A stretch of DNA of 64,000 bases from a virus. Each line of letters begins with the position of its first letter. Positions within the stretch are counted from its first letter, which is position 1. The translations under genes and the position numbers were made by a program. The notes below the pieces were generated by a model, which did not search any database, was not told the DNA's origin, and worked only from the letters and a program-made list of their open reading frames with translations. The stretch is from IMG/VR virus record IMGVR_UViG_3300028115_000009, positions 1 to 64,000 of that record; one strand, 5' to 3'. Of this stretch, positions 20,064-29,603 are shown in pieces.

Positions 20064-20104
20064 ACAAATATTTATCCTTTACAATTAAGTGCTAACATAA
20101 AGGT

Positions 20105-20126
20105 AAAGGGAGCCGAAGCTCCCTTT
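20105..20126 (-). terminator. Hairpin terminator after the tail tube gene
   Basis: AAAGGGAGC-TTCG-GCTCCCTTT. Confidence 0.75.
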
Positions 20127-20152
20127 TGTAGTTAGACTAAATGTAGATAGTA

Positions 20153-20782
20153 TTAAACGCCGCCGCCAGTAACTGAAGTATTAACTGTACGTCCAATTGC
20201 TGTACCAATACCTGTGCCTTGTGGGCTCTGGATAGCATTGTCATAACGGATGTTTAGTGTAACACTAACTGGATCAGTTGAGTTAGAATATGCTAAACTG
20301 TTGTAGTTTGCACTTTCTACATAGCAACCATATAGTTCAAATGTTTCTAGTACATTAGGTGTGTTAGCGCCGTTGCCGCCGTCTAAGATTTCAATACGTG
20401 TAACGAATTTATAATCTTGTCCACTTGCTGCACTTGACTGTTCATAAAAGTCGAACTGCTTCTGTAGCTGTTCGCCAACAAGTTTCTGCACATTGTTGTT
20501 AACGTCTTCACGCAAGTTAAGCGTAATTGGTTCCCAGCTGTGTTTGCCTGCTAGATATACTCTTGAGTTATATACGTCAATAGTCATTTGTTCAAAACTT
20601 ACATTAGGACGAGTTACGTCAATAACTTGTTTTGTAAGTTCTGTAGTTGGTGTACTAACACCAAAGTTTTCCAGCGACACTCTAAAGCGATACTGGAGTT
20701 TTGGCATTAAAAGTCCTTGGCTGCTAGCGGAATCTCCGCTAGCAAGTGGAACTGTAATCTTTGATAATGTTGAAATAGCCAT
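20153..20782 (-). CDS. gp19: Tail tube protein (gp19-like)
   Basis: PKLQYRFRV, YLAGKHSWEPITL, ETFELYGC and LNIRYDNA; follows the sheath gene. Confidence 0.85.
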   Translation of the reverse strand: MAISTLSKITVPLASGDSASSQGLLMPKLQYRFRVSLENFGVSTPTTELTKQVIDVTRPNVSFEQMTIDVYNSRVYLAGKHSWEPITLNLREDVNNNVQKLVGEQLQKQFDFYEQSSAASGQDYKFVTRIEILDGGNGANTPNVLETFELYGCYVESANYNSLAYSNSTDPVSVTLNIRYDNAIQSPQGTGIGTAIGRTVNTSVTGGGV

Positions 20783-20816
20783 TTAGTCTGCTCCTGTTTC
20801 TATATGTATTTAGCGT

Positions 20817-23800
20817 TTAAAGACCTGCAATCTCACCGGTGTTTTTCAAGCGTAGTGGGATGTAGATAAATTCAACTGCTTTAACAGGTTCAATAGCAAT
20901 ATCTAAATATAGTTCATTTCTATCAATTCTGCTTGGTGTGTTATTTGATTCGTCACATACAACTAGATAGTCATAAAGACCGCGTTGTCCAACTAATTCA
21001 AGTAACAAACTTTCTGCTGCTTGTTTAATCTCGTTACGAGTGATTGTATCATTCGGTTCAAAGATGTAAGGCTTAGCAAGTGTGTTTAGCTGACTACGTA
21101 AGTAGATAACCAAACGTGCTACGTTAATACGATCTAATGCACTTGCACCTCTTGCACGAGTTTTCTGACCAAAGTTAACAAGACCAGCACCACTAATAAA
21201 CGTAATTGGGTTTATGTTGTTGCTGTACAATGTGTCACGTTGACCTTCGTTAAGTGATACACTTACAAATTCGCCTTCGCTGCTAATGTAACCAGTTGAA
21301 CTTGCGTTAGTAATGCCGCCACGTCTTGTACCTGCTGGTGCAAACCATGGGTAGCTAACTTGATCGCTTAGTGCAATAGTACGTAGCATCATGTGTGACG
21401 CCGGAACTACTACGTTGTTACCAAAGTTGTCACTAGTGTAACCACATGGGTAGAATATACCCAAGTATTCATCGCGGCTAACAAGACCGTCGTCGTTATC
21501 CTCAACTGCTTGATTAACGTTAGTTGCCCATTCATTTAATGAAGTTGCATCTGGTGTTAAGCGGAACGGACTATCGCCTAAGATAAATGCTGTTAAACCT
21601 CTATCATAGTTTAAGCTAATCATTTCGCCGATTAGTTCTGGATATCCTGGGCACGCCATTAAGTTAAACAAGCGTGATTCGTCATCACGGATTGCATCGT
21701 TGTTGTTAACAACTGCTTGTAGCGCCTGGACAACAACCTTACGCTGTGCTTTACGTCCGAAGCTACCTGCACCATTTTCTTGGTTTCCTGATTCAGTAAC
21801 CCAACGATGTGGATAATAACCAGACATTGGTGCATCGCCTGCATCACCCATGCGTAGGTTATCTGCGCTTGTATCAATGTAGTTACGCTCAAAACGCTTA
21901 ACGTTAAAGCCGCTTCTACGTAGGTTCCATAGTAACATACCTTTTGGATATAGTGCTGGATCTGGAGCATCTGGATCCAGATAGTTACTGACACGCAATT
22001 CTGCAATTGTAGCATCAGTCATAACATCTGTTGTTCCGCCACTTACGCTCCAACGTGCATCTGCAAATAGAACGCCTTCTTCAGTTGTTTGGTCTGCTGT
22101 GTCTAATGGTGAGCCCCATTTCTGTGCAGTAGTGCCTGCAATGTTATTGTTGTAACGATAAATTGTTGGATAGTTTTCTAAGTCTGCTGTGCTAATCCAC
22201 AAATCACCAGTTACTAGTGAACTACCATTAGATTGTGCAACTGGCATACTTGCTGAAACAATTGGACCTTCTGCGTCAGCATCCGGGAACGCTGTTGCAT
22301 CATTATAACCTACCCAAGTTGTACCATTATGGTACATCATGTCAACTTCGTCTACAATTGAATTGTACCATAGTTGTCCAGCATCAGCTAATGAGCTAGG
22401 TGTTGTACCACTAGCAGTATATGTTAGAACACGCCAGTTAGTAGCAACAAATTGCTTTGGAGATGTTGCACTAGTAGTACCGTCAGCATATGCTAAGTTA
22501 GGAGTACTGCTTGATACACTTGCAACAAAAGGAGTAAATCCAATGTTGTTTAATAAGTTATCAGTGTCAACAAAATTAATTTCGCCGCCCGTTGCATGTG
22601 AAATTACAACTTTATTTTGTGCATCAACTGTTGCGCTTACGTTAGCAACACCAGCTGCTGTTATAGCACTTGCAATTGCAATTGCATCACCGCTTGCACT
22701 TCCGCTTGTAGTAACACTTACTGTTGCTGGAGTACTCATTGCTGCACTGCCGGCAACACTTGCTGACATAGTAAATGTCCATGATGCTGAGCCAACTGCA
22801 TCTGTAATTACTGCGCTTCGAACAACAGTAGCACCGCTTGCTTGTCTACGATAGATAGTAAATGTGCCTAATGGCTGTATGTCATTTGCAACATTTGTTT
22901 TGACAAATAATTCACCAATTGCTAAGTTTGCGCCGCCGCCTGTGCTATCTAAGCCGTATAATGCTGCTGCATTATTGCTGTACATAAGAGCCGGTTTTGT
23001 ATCCCATAATAGTGTTTCTGCATTCCATTGCTTAACACTAAGATTTCCGCCGCCGTTTGGAGCAGTAGTTTTAATCCAGACACTGCCAGTTGGACGACTA
23101 ATAGTATCTGCAATTTTAAATTCAGGAACACTAGTGTGTGCTGATACTTGTACTGCTGGAGGATAATATGTCCCAGCAGTAAGACCTAATTCTGCTAATT
23201 TATCAGTATCTCCGCCAATTGCAATTGGGCCGCCGCTTGTACTGTCTTCTGCACCTGAGCTAGTACCATCACTGTAAATTTCTAAAAATCCATCAACGTT
23301 TGCTGCTGAAATTCCTACAGTTGCTAAGAAACTAGTAATAGAACTTGCAACATCAGTAACTGTATTTGCACCAACTGAAATAGCAGTACCGTTGATTGTA
23401 ATATCAGCAGCTGGGCTAGTTAGTGTAGGATTTGCTACTGTACTTTTAACTGTTGGCCAGCTGCGTGTCCATTCGTCACTTCCTACTTCAACCCAGTCAC
23501 CTAATGAATTCTTATACCAAGTATGATTTAATGTAGTTACTGCAACAATTGCATAATCACCAATAGCACCTGTACTTGCAAGTGGAGTATAATCGCCGCC
23601 GTCAAAATCTACAACACCGTCAGTAGTAGTAATTACAATAGGAGTCTTAGTTGTAAATGTTTGGCCGCCAGTTGTAGTAACTGGTGCTCCGTTCCATTGT
23701 TGAATACCGTAACGTGAACTTGTGGTATCAAACCAATAAGTTCCTGCTAATGGGTCTGCACTAGGAGCAGTAGCAGTTGGTTCCAATTCGCCTAAGTCAA

Positions 23801-24140
23801 TGTCTGCACGTACTACCCACGCTCTGTTGCTAACACCTAACAAACTGTATGCTGCCTGCAAGCCGTATTCATTAAGTTCGCCACCGTGAATTGGATTGTT
23901 GTTTGCATCAATTTGGAACAGTGGATCACCAAATGTGTCCGCTAAATCTCGTTGTGATGTGAGCAAGTAAGGTTTACCTGCGTTAGCTGCTAGTGTACCT
24001 TGTGCGGTTCCTGTTCCAGCTGCATTAGTTTTATTACTTGCAGTTGCAACAAATACCATTGGTACTGTACCTGGTTCAGCCGGAGTGTAGAAACTCTCGT
24101 CAATTACGCTAACCTGTACGCCTGGTGATGTCAATGCCAT
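20817..24140 (-). CDS. gp18: Contractile tail sheath protein (gp18-like, enlarged)
   Basis: MALTSPGVQVSVIDES start (24140), WFAPAGTRRG, RINVARL, FEPND, VVCDESNNTP and IEPVKAVEFIYIPL. Confidence 0.95.
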   Translation of the reverse strand: MALTSPGVQVSVIDESFYTPAEPGTVPMVFVATASNKTNAAGTGTAQGTLAANAGKPYLLTSQRDLADTFGDPLFQIDANNNPIHGGELNEYGLQAAYSLLGVSNRAWVVRADIDLGELEPTATAPSADPLAGTYWFDTTSSRYGIQQWNGAPVTTTGGQTFTTKTPIVITTTDGVVDFDGGDYTPLASTGAIGDYAIVAVTTLNHTWYKNSLGDWVEVGSDEWTRSWPTVKSTVANPTLTSPAADITINGTAISVGANTVTDVASSITSFLATVGISAANVDGFLEIYSDGTSSGAEDSTSGGPIAIGGDTDKLAELGLTAGTYYPPAVQVSAHTSVPEFKIADTISRPTGSVWIKTTAPNGGGNLSVKQWNAETLLWDTKPALMYSNNAAALYGLDSTGGGANLAIGELFVKTNVANDIQPLGTFTIYRRQASGATVVRSAVITDAVGSASWTFTMSASVAGSAAMSTPATVSVTTSGSASGDAIAIASAITAAGVANVSATVDAQNKVVISHATGGEINFVDTDNLLNNIGFTPFVASVSSSTPNLAYADGTTSATSPKQFVATNWRVLTYTASGTTPSSLADAGQLWYNSIVDEVDMMYHNGTTWVGYNDATAFPDADAEGPIVSASMPVAQSNGSSLVTGDLWISTADLENYPTIYRYNNNIAGTTAQKWGSPLDTADQTTEEGVLFADARWSVSGGTTDVMTDATIAELRVSNYLDPDAPDPALYPKGMLLWNLRRSGFNVKRFERNYIDTSADNLRMGDAGDAPMSGYYPHRWVTESGNQENGAGSFGRKAQRKVVVQALQAVVNNNDAIRDDESRLFNLMACPGYPELIGEMISLNYDRGLTAFILGDSPFRLTPDATSLNEWATNVNQAVEDNDDGLVSRDEYLGIFYPCGYTSDNFGNNVVVPASHMMLRTIALSDQVSYPWFAPAGTRRGGITNASSTGYISSEGEFVSVSLNEGQRDTLYSNNINPITFISGAGLVNFGQKTRARGASALDRINVARLVIYLRSQLNTLAKPYIFEPNDTITRNEIKQAAESLLLELVGQRGLYDYLVVCDESNNTPSRIDRNELYLDIAIEPVKAVEFIYIPLRLKNTGEIAGL

Positions 24141-24247
24141 ATCGTTTTCTCCTATTGGATTGTTATTGTTAGTATTTAGCATACTACAATAAATTTATAC
24201 GAGTTATAGCGGTATAAAAGGGGCCGAAAAGGTGAGGTAAATACAAT

Positions 24248-24583
24248 ATGAGACCATTATGCAAGTGCGGCCAGCGTCCTGCGGCTATAAATTACAAGAA
24301 AGACGGTAAAATATATTATCGTAAATTATGCGAACGTTGCTTGCGCAATGGAGTTAGCCACGGCGTACCTAAATGGAAGCAGCGTGGCTATAAAAAGAAA
24401 GACTTTTGTGAAAAATGTGGATTCAAAAGTAAACACGCCGAACAATTCAACGTGTTTCACATAGACGGCGATCTAAATAATTGCAGTCCTACTAATCTTA
24501 AGACAATATGTGCGAACTGTCAACGTCTGTTGCAGAAGGAAGGTATCCGTTGGAAACAGGGAGACTTAGTCCCTGATTTTTAA
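24248..24583 (+). CDS. Small Zn-finger/HNH-like protein
   Basis: Three CxxC pairs plus an N-terminal CxC, and HIDGDLNNCSPTNLKTICANC; the final HNH His is replaced by Gln. Confidence 0.7.
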   Translation: MRPLCKCGQRPAAINYKKDGKIYYRKLCERCLRNGVSHGVPKWKQRGYKKKDFCEKCGFKSKHAEQFNVFHIDGDLNNCSPTNLKTICANCQRLLQKEGIRWKQGDLVPDF

Positions 24584-25076
24584 AGATAGTGCGTATTAAT
24601 ACTTCTACGTTGTTTTTAAGTCTTGCTAGATCGCCATTGTTGTCAATAGTGTAATCACACATCCATTGCTCAATACTCATTGAACTAGGATCTTCTTTTG
24701 GCAAATGATCACACCGATCGACCCAAATAGCATAATCAAAAATTTCTTCATTTTGCATTGCGAAGAATTCTCTACGATTACGTAAGCCACAATAAATTTG
24801 ATGATCTTTAAACAGGTTACGCCCCAGTCTTGCTAAATCGTCCTTGCAGTAATCATGAATCATATTGTACCATTCAGTACGATGATTATGTCGGTCTGCA
24901 TAACACTCTTCTTCGTTAGCATATCCGTATTTGTCTTTTAGTTCGTTAAAGATAAACAGCTCTGAACAGAACTTTGAACTTGATTCAAACTTATAACCGT
25001 AATCTTGTAAAATTTCACAAACGGTATCTTTGCCATGTCTGCCATGACCAACTATTAATAATTTAGGTAAACGCAT
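24498..25076 (-). CDS. Deoxynucleoside monophosphate kinase-like P-loop protein
   Basis: IVGHGRHGKDT P-loop, GLRN.RE and DYTIDNNG; sigma70 promoter upstream. Confidence 0.7.
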   Translation of the reverse strand: MRLPKLLIVGHGRHGKDTVCEILQDYGYKFESSSKFCSELFIFNELKDKYGYANEEECYADRHNHRTEWYNMIHDYCKDDLARLGRNLFKDHQIYCGLRNRREFFAMQNEEIFDYAIWVDRCDHLPKEDPSSMSIEQWMCDYTIDNNGDLARLKNNVEVLIRTIFKNQGLSLPVSNGYLPSATDVDSSHILS

Positions 25077-25104
25077 TATTATTTAGAACTCCATTGTTCT
25101 AAAC

Positions 25105-25133
25105 AGTATATACTAAATTATTATAAATGTCAA
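25105..25133 (-). promoter_or_regulatory. Sigma70-type promoter for the dNMP kinase-like gene
   Basis: TTGACA (25133-25128), 17-nt spacer, TATACT (25110-25105). Confidence 0.75.
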
Positions 25134-25140
25134 CTATTTT

Positions 25141-25890
25141 TTATCCGATTAAGAATCCGTATCCATTGCCGCCGGCCATTGCCATTGAAATTTCAGTTTC
25201 GAGCTTTTCCATTTCAGCCTGTGCTTCTGATTTTAAACTTGACCCGTTTAAACTTGTTCCGCCTTGTGGTCCTGCAATAGTAGCAAACTTTTCTCTTGCT
25301 TCGCCTAGCATATATTTGCAAGTTGCAAGAGTATAATCTTTAATCCATTGTACTGCCATGTAGTCTGATAACAGTTGCTCATCTGGACGATAATTGTACA
25401 CATATAACATTAGTGTTTCTTCTGTTCTAGGACGCTGAAGAATTGTTAACTTTTTAGTAGTGCTATTCCAACTAAATTCAATAAAACTACCGAACATACG
25501 TCCTACAAGTTCTTGATATTGTGAAAACATATCGTATGTAGCAAGGCCGCCCATGTTACTAGAACTCAACAAGTATGTATTTGTGTACGCCATGTTAAAC
25601 GGCTCGAATACTGTACCGCCGTCTCCGCCGCCAGTTCGCGATCCAATGCTTCTACGGAAAATTTGACGAACTTCAACAACTTCTCGGGGTAATGTATATT
25701 CGTTTTGATCTACTACTGTAGGCATAAACAAATAGCTCTCTTCTACTGAATTTTCAGTACGTTGTCTATAGCGTGTCAGTGCTTTCTTTAATGCAGTTTC
25801 GTAGTGGATCGGATCGAGTTCAACATCGACCATTCCACCGCCTAGTAGCGTGTGTACGTAATCATATACTTCTTGTTTTGTAGTTGCCAT
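25141..25890 (-). CDS. gp13: Neck protein gp13-like (head-tail adaptor)
   Basis: LGGGMVDVEL, WIKDYTLATCKYMLGEAREKF and GGTSLNG. Confidence 0.85.
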   Translation of the reverse strand: MATTKQEVYDYVHTLLGGGMVDVELDPIHYETALKKALTRYRQRTENSVEESYLFMPTVVDQNEYTLPREVVEVRQIFRRSIGSRTGGGDGGTVFEPFNMAYTNTYLLSSSNMGGLATYDMFSQYQELVGRMFGSFIEFSWNSTTKKLTILQRPRTEETLMLYVYNYRPDEQLLSDYMAVQWIKDYTLATCKYMLGEAREKFATIAGPQGGTSLNGSSLKSEAQAEMEKLETEISMAMAGGNGYGFLIG

Positions 25891-25909
25891 GTTTTAATGT
25901 CTCCATTAG

Positions 25910-25941
25910 TATTTATCGTAACTGCTGCAAGACGCTAAATA
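25910..25941. promoter_or_regulatory. Back-to-back late-type promoters for divergent gp13 and gp14
   Basis: GATAAATA on the minus strand (core 25910-25915) and GCTAAATA on the plus strand (core 25936-25941). Confidence 0.6.
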
Positions 25942-25946
25942 TGTAT

Positions 25947-27080
25947 ATGCCACGATTAAGTTTATATAAACCGCAAAAAGGTAACGACTACCACTTTATA
26001 GACAAGCAAGTGCTTGAGATGTTTACTGTTGGCGGTACTGACCTTCATGTACACAAATACTTGGGTACAGAGAATCCTACTGATGCAGATGCAACAGCAG
26101 ATAAACCCCAATATGATAGTGTAAAACCTACTAACATACAAGATCTACTATTCCTTGAAAATAGAGATAGAAAATATGATCCTGACGTATACACGTTGCG
26201 TGGAATTTATAATGTACAAGACATTGACTTTAATATGAGTCAATTTGGTTTATTCTTAAGCAACGATACATTGATGCTTACTGTGCATATAAACAGTAGT
26301 GTAAAAACTATAGGCAGAAAGATTATTGCAGGCGATGTAATTGAATTGCCGCACTTAAAAGACGAATACGCATTAAATGACTATAGCGTAGCACTTAAAA
26401 GATTTTATGTTGTAGAAGATGTAAATCGTGCAAGTGAAGGATTTAGCCAGACTTGGTATCCGCATTTGTATCGTTTAAAATTAAAACAAATAGTAGACAG
26501 CCAAGAGTTTAAAGAAATTCTTGACTTACCTGCAGAAGAAGAAAATCCAGGTGGAAATACATTGCGTGATTTGCTTTCAACATATGATAAAGAAATGCAA
26601 ATTAATCAGGCAATTATTAATCAAGCAGAAGCTGATGCAGCGAAATCAGGATATGACACAAATCATTACTTTAGTTTGCAATTAGATGCAAACGGCAATA
26701 CTGAATTAGTTGATACTGATGCTGATGGTGTTCCTGACACTATGCAAACAGTTGACCGTCCAGGATATAACGGTTATCTGTTAGGCGACGGTATCCCTAC
26801 AAACGGTGAAGCATTTGGGTTTGGTATTACATTTGCAGCAGATCCACAAACTGGAGATTTCTTTCTACGTACAGATTTTTCACCAAACAGATTATTTAGA
26901 TACGACGGCACACGCTGGGTTAAACAAGAAGATAATGTACGTATGACATTGAGTAATACTGACACTCGTAGCACTCAGAAAGGTACGTTTGTTAATAATA
27001 CTAATACTAGTACAATTGCCGGTGATACTATTATTGAGCGCCAGAGCTTGTCAAACGCATTGAGACCTAAGGCAGATTAA
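25947..27080 (+). CDS. gp14: Neck/head-closure protein gp14-like
   Basis: DLLFLENRDRKYD, SQFGLFL, GDVIELPHL and WYPHLYRLK; likely start MPRLSLY at 25947. Confidence 0.75.
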   Translation: MPRLSLYKPQKGNDYHFIDKQVLEMFTVGGTDLHVHKYLGTENPTDADATADKPQYDSVKPTNIQDLLFLENRDRKYDPDVYTLRGIYNVQDIDFNMSQFGLFLSNDTLMLTVHINSSVKTIGRKIIAGDVIELPHLKDEYALNDYSVALKRFYVVEDVNRASEGFSQTWYPHLYRLKLKQIVDSQEFKEILDLPAEEENPGGNTLRDLLSTYDKEMQINQAIINQAEADAAKSGYDTNHYFSLQLDANGNTELVDTDADGVPDTMQTVDRPGYNGYLLGDGIPTNGEAFGFGITFAADPQTGDFFLRTDFSPNRLFRYDGTRWVKQEDNVRMTLSNTDTRSTQKGTFVNNTNTSTIAGDTIIERQSLSNALRPKAD

Positions 27081-27082
27081 TT

Positions 27083-28048
27083 ATGAAATATAGAGATATA
27101 AAGTTATCCGAAGTTAACATTAACGAAGTGGCAGATAAACCAACAGAATTGTGCAGGGCATTACAACGTGCTGCCCGTGAACAAAGACCTGTTGCTTTAA
27201 GACTTGCACGTACTCAAATGGACAGATATTTGGCACGTTATCCTGAATGGCGCGACTATTTAGAAAATTGTCTCGGTAGTGTTGGAGGCAGTGACGGAAC
27301 AGGATTATCAGGTGACGGACCAGGTTCTGGAACAACAGGATCTGGTCAAGCAGCCGGCGGCAACGGAGATGGTGTTGCATCAGGAACAACAGGCGACGGA
27401 CCAGGAGGAGATACTGCTGGTACAGGTCGTAAAGGCGATGCTGGTGAAAGTCCGGGCGCAGGAAGTGGTTCTAAATCTAATAGCGGCGTTCCTGATGGTG
27501 ATGAAGCAGGAACAGGAACGGATCAACCAAGTACTTCAGATAAAGCTGCACAAGATGCTGCTAATCAAGCTGCCGCTGAAGCTGCCGAAAGAGAGGCTGC
27601 TGCCCGAAGGGCTGAAGAAGCTGCTGCTGAAGAAAAACGTGCAGCTGATGCTAGAGCTGAAGAAGCTGCTGCTGAGGCAAAACGTGCAGCTGATCGAGCT
27701 GCAAGAGAAGAAGCTGAACGTGCTGCACAAGAAGCTGAACGAGCTGCTGCTGCTGAACGTGCTGCACAAGAATCTGCAAGAGCAGCAGCAGCTGAAAAAG
27801 AAGCTGCTGAACGTGCAGCGGAAGCAAGAGCTGCTGAGATTGCTGCTGAAGAACGTAAAAGAATCGAAGCTGAAAAAGAAGCTGCTGCAAGAGAAGCAGA
27901 ACGAGTAGCAGCAGAAGAAGCTGCTGCTGAAGCTAAAGCAGAAGCAGACAAAGCTGCGCAAGAAGCGGCAAGAGCTAGTGAAACTCCAGCAACGCCTGAT
28001 GGATCTGCTACTCCAGGTGGCAGTATCAAGTGGGGAGACTTAGAATGA
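27083..28048 (+). CDS. Gly-rich plus Ala/Glu/Arg coiled-coil protein, putative internal head protein
   Basis: MKYRDIKLSE start, GxG-rich linker and a long EAAA/ERAA helix. Confidence 0.6.
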   Translation: MKYRDIKLSEVNINEVADKPTELCRALQRAAREQRPVALRLARTQMDRYLARYPEWRDYLENCLGSVGGSDGTGLSGDGPGSGTTGSGQAAGGNGDGVASGTTGDGPGGDTAGTGRKGDAGESPGAGSGSKSNSGVPDGDEAGTGTDQPSTSDKAAQDAANQAAAEAAEREAAARRAEEAAAEEKRAADARAEEAAAEAKRAADRAAREEAERAAQEAERAAAAERAAQESARAAAAEKEAAERAAEARAAEIAAEERKRIEAEKEAAAREAERVAAEEAAAEAKAEADKAAQEAARASETPATPDGSATPGGSIKWGDLE

Positions 28049-28698
28049 GATTTAACGAATTTAAATCAATAATTAAAGAAGCTGCTGATACACAGTCTAT
28101 AACTGTACATTTTGCAGATGGCACAACTAAAGCCATCACTGATATTCCAATAACAGTATTTAATTCTTCAAATTTTGAACAGTCTCTTAGAGATAAGATG
28201 AATAGGAATTTTCCTAATTCAGAATATAGTAGATTTACTGTCAAAGTAGATTTCGAACCAACTGCTGATGAAAAACAGCAAATGGAAAATGTTAATAATT
28301 TATATGATCTCATAAGAAGAGAGATTGCAAAACTATTTACTGCTGATGGTGCAAATACACCTTTTCCGGATAATATTTCTTTTTCTTACAGGGTAGGCGA
28401 TTCTAATAATTCAATACCCGACGTTAAAGAAGCATTTGATATTACAACATACAATAATACTAGAGATCCTAAGTCTGACAAATATGGAGCAATTCACGAA
28501 GAAGGTTGGCCAGTATCAGTCGGCGATTTTGATGATCTAAAACAAAAGATAATTGATAAACTTGAAGCAGGAGATGTGATTGCATTAGGTTCGGCTCCAA
28601 ACGAAGCACAACAGGATGGGTCATACAGGATTACTATTGCTCCTAATTCATTCCAATATAAACGAGAATTAGATATGTATAACGGAGGCAGTAAATGA
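28045..28698 (+). CDS. Hypothetical protein, putative internal head protein
   Basis: MRFNEFKSIIKEA start at 28045 (ATGA overlap); N-terminal domain paralogous to the next ORF. Confidence 0.6.
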   Translation: MRFNEFKSIIKEAADTQSITVHFADGTTKAITDIPITVFNSSNFEQSLRDKMNRNFPNSEYSRFTVKVDFEPTADEKQQMENVNNLYDLIRREIAKLFTADGANTPFPDNISFSYRVGDSNNSIPDVKEAFDITTYNNTRDPKSDKYGAIHEEGWPVSVGDFDDLKQKIIDKLEAGDVIALGSAPNEAQQDGSYRITIAPNSFQYKRELDMYNGGSK

Positions 28699-29603
28699 GA
28701 TATAAAGAATTTAGAGTATCGTTATCGGAACAAACAGCTCCAGGTACAGTAAGTGTCATGGTGTATTTTGAAGATAACACAACACAAGTCATTGATGATA
28801 TTCCTTTATCAGTTTTCAATAGTCCTGATTTTATGTCTCAACTTAGAGAAAGACTATTAAGAAAATACAATAAAATTGTTGTAAGGTATGCAAAAGTAGG
28901 TGATACTAATACACAAGGCAATCCAGATGGTAATACACCTGATACTGAAATTCCTACAACGTTAACTACTAAGCAAGATAAGGATATTGAAATTCAACAA
29001 CGTCCTGATGAGGTACAAGCGCCTGTAGATGATTCTGATAGAACAACCTGGTCCGGAGTTACTATATTATCTCAGTCTGAGGTTGCTGCGATGTACAATG
29101 CGCGAGCAGATAGACTTGACGCTGATAGAGATAACAAAGATGATGAAACTGGTGAAGAAGTTCTAAGACAAGATAACCAAGGTAACTGGGTAGACGCCCA
29201 AGGAAATCCAGCAGGACCTACTATTTCAGTTCCAAAACTAGGCGGCGGCAGCGCAGGTGCAGAAGGCGAAGGAGGCGAAGAAGGCCAAGAAGGTGGACCA
29301 GGAAGCATAATAGGCGATTTATACGATGCTATAACTGGACCCGGTACTAATGAAACTAAATTAATCGATGCTCTAAAAAGAATTAAGTCTCCCGCACAGT
29401 TAACTCAAGTGGTTAGATCTTATAAAGAAGCACATAACAGTAGTTTACCTGACGATATAATAAATGAGTTTTTTTACGATCTCGGAAATAATACACCATC
29501 AGTTGTTGAAGAAGTTAATAATGTAATGGTTCCGTTAGGTTGGAGAATAGTAGGTAATAGATACTCAACCCTTAGATGGGAAAAAGTAACAGGTAATTCA
29601 TAA
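28695..29603 (+). CDS. Putative internal head protein with a C-terminal annexin-like repeat
   Basis: MRYKEFRVSLSE start; LYDAITGPGTNETKLIDAL...QLTQVVRSYKEAHNSSLPDDIINE. Confidence 0.6.
   Translation: MRYKEFRVSLSEQTAPGTVSVMVYFEDNTTQVIDDIPLSVFNSPDFMSQLRERLLRKYNKIVVRYAKVGDTNTQGNPDGNTPDTEIPTTLTTKQDKDIEIQQRPDEVQAPVDDSDRTTWSGVTILSQSEVAAMYNARADRLDADRDNKDDETGEEVLRQDNQGNWVDAQGNPAGPTISVPKLGGGSAGAEGEGGEEGQEGGPGSIIGDLYDAITGPGTNETKLIDALKRIKSPAQLTQVVRSYKEAHNSSLPDDIINEFFYDLGNNTPSVVEEVNNVMVPLGWRIVGNRYSTLRWEKVTGNS

Noticed and set aside
27120-28029. Several long alternative-frame and antisense ORFs (27279..27908, 27536..27961, 27565..28029, 27651..27890)
   Set aside because: Shadows of the GCT/GAA-rich coiled-coil gene 27083..28048; low complexity, with no RBS or motifs.
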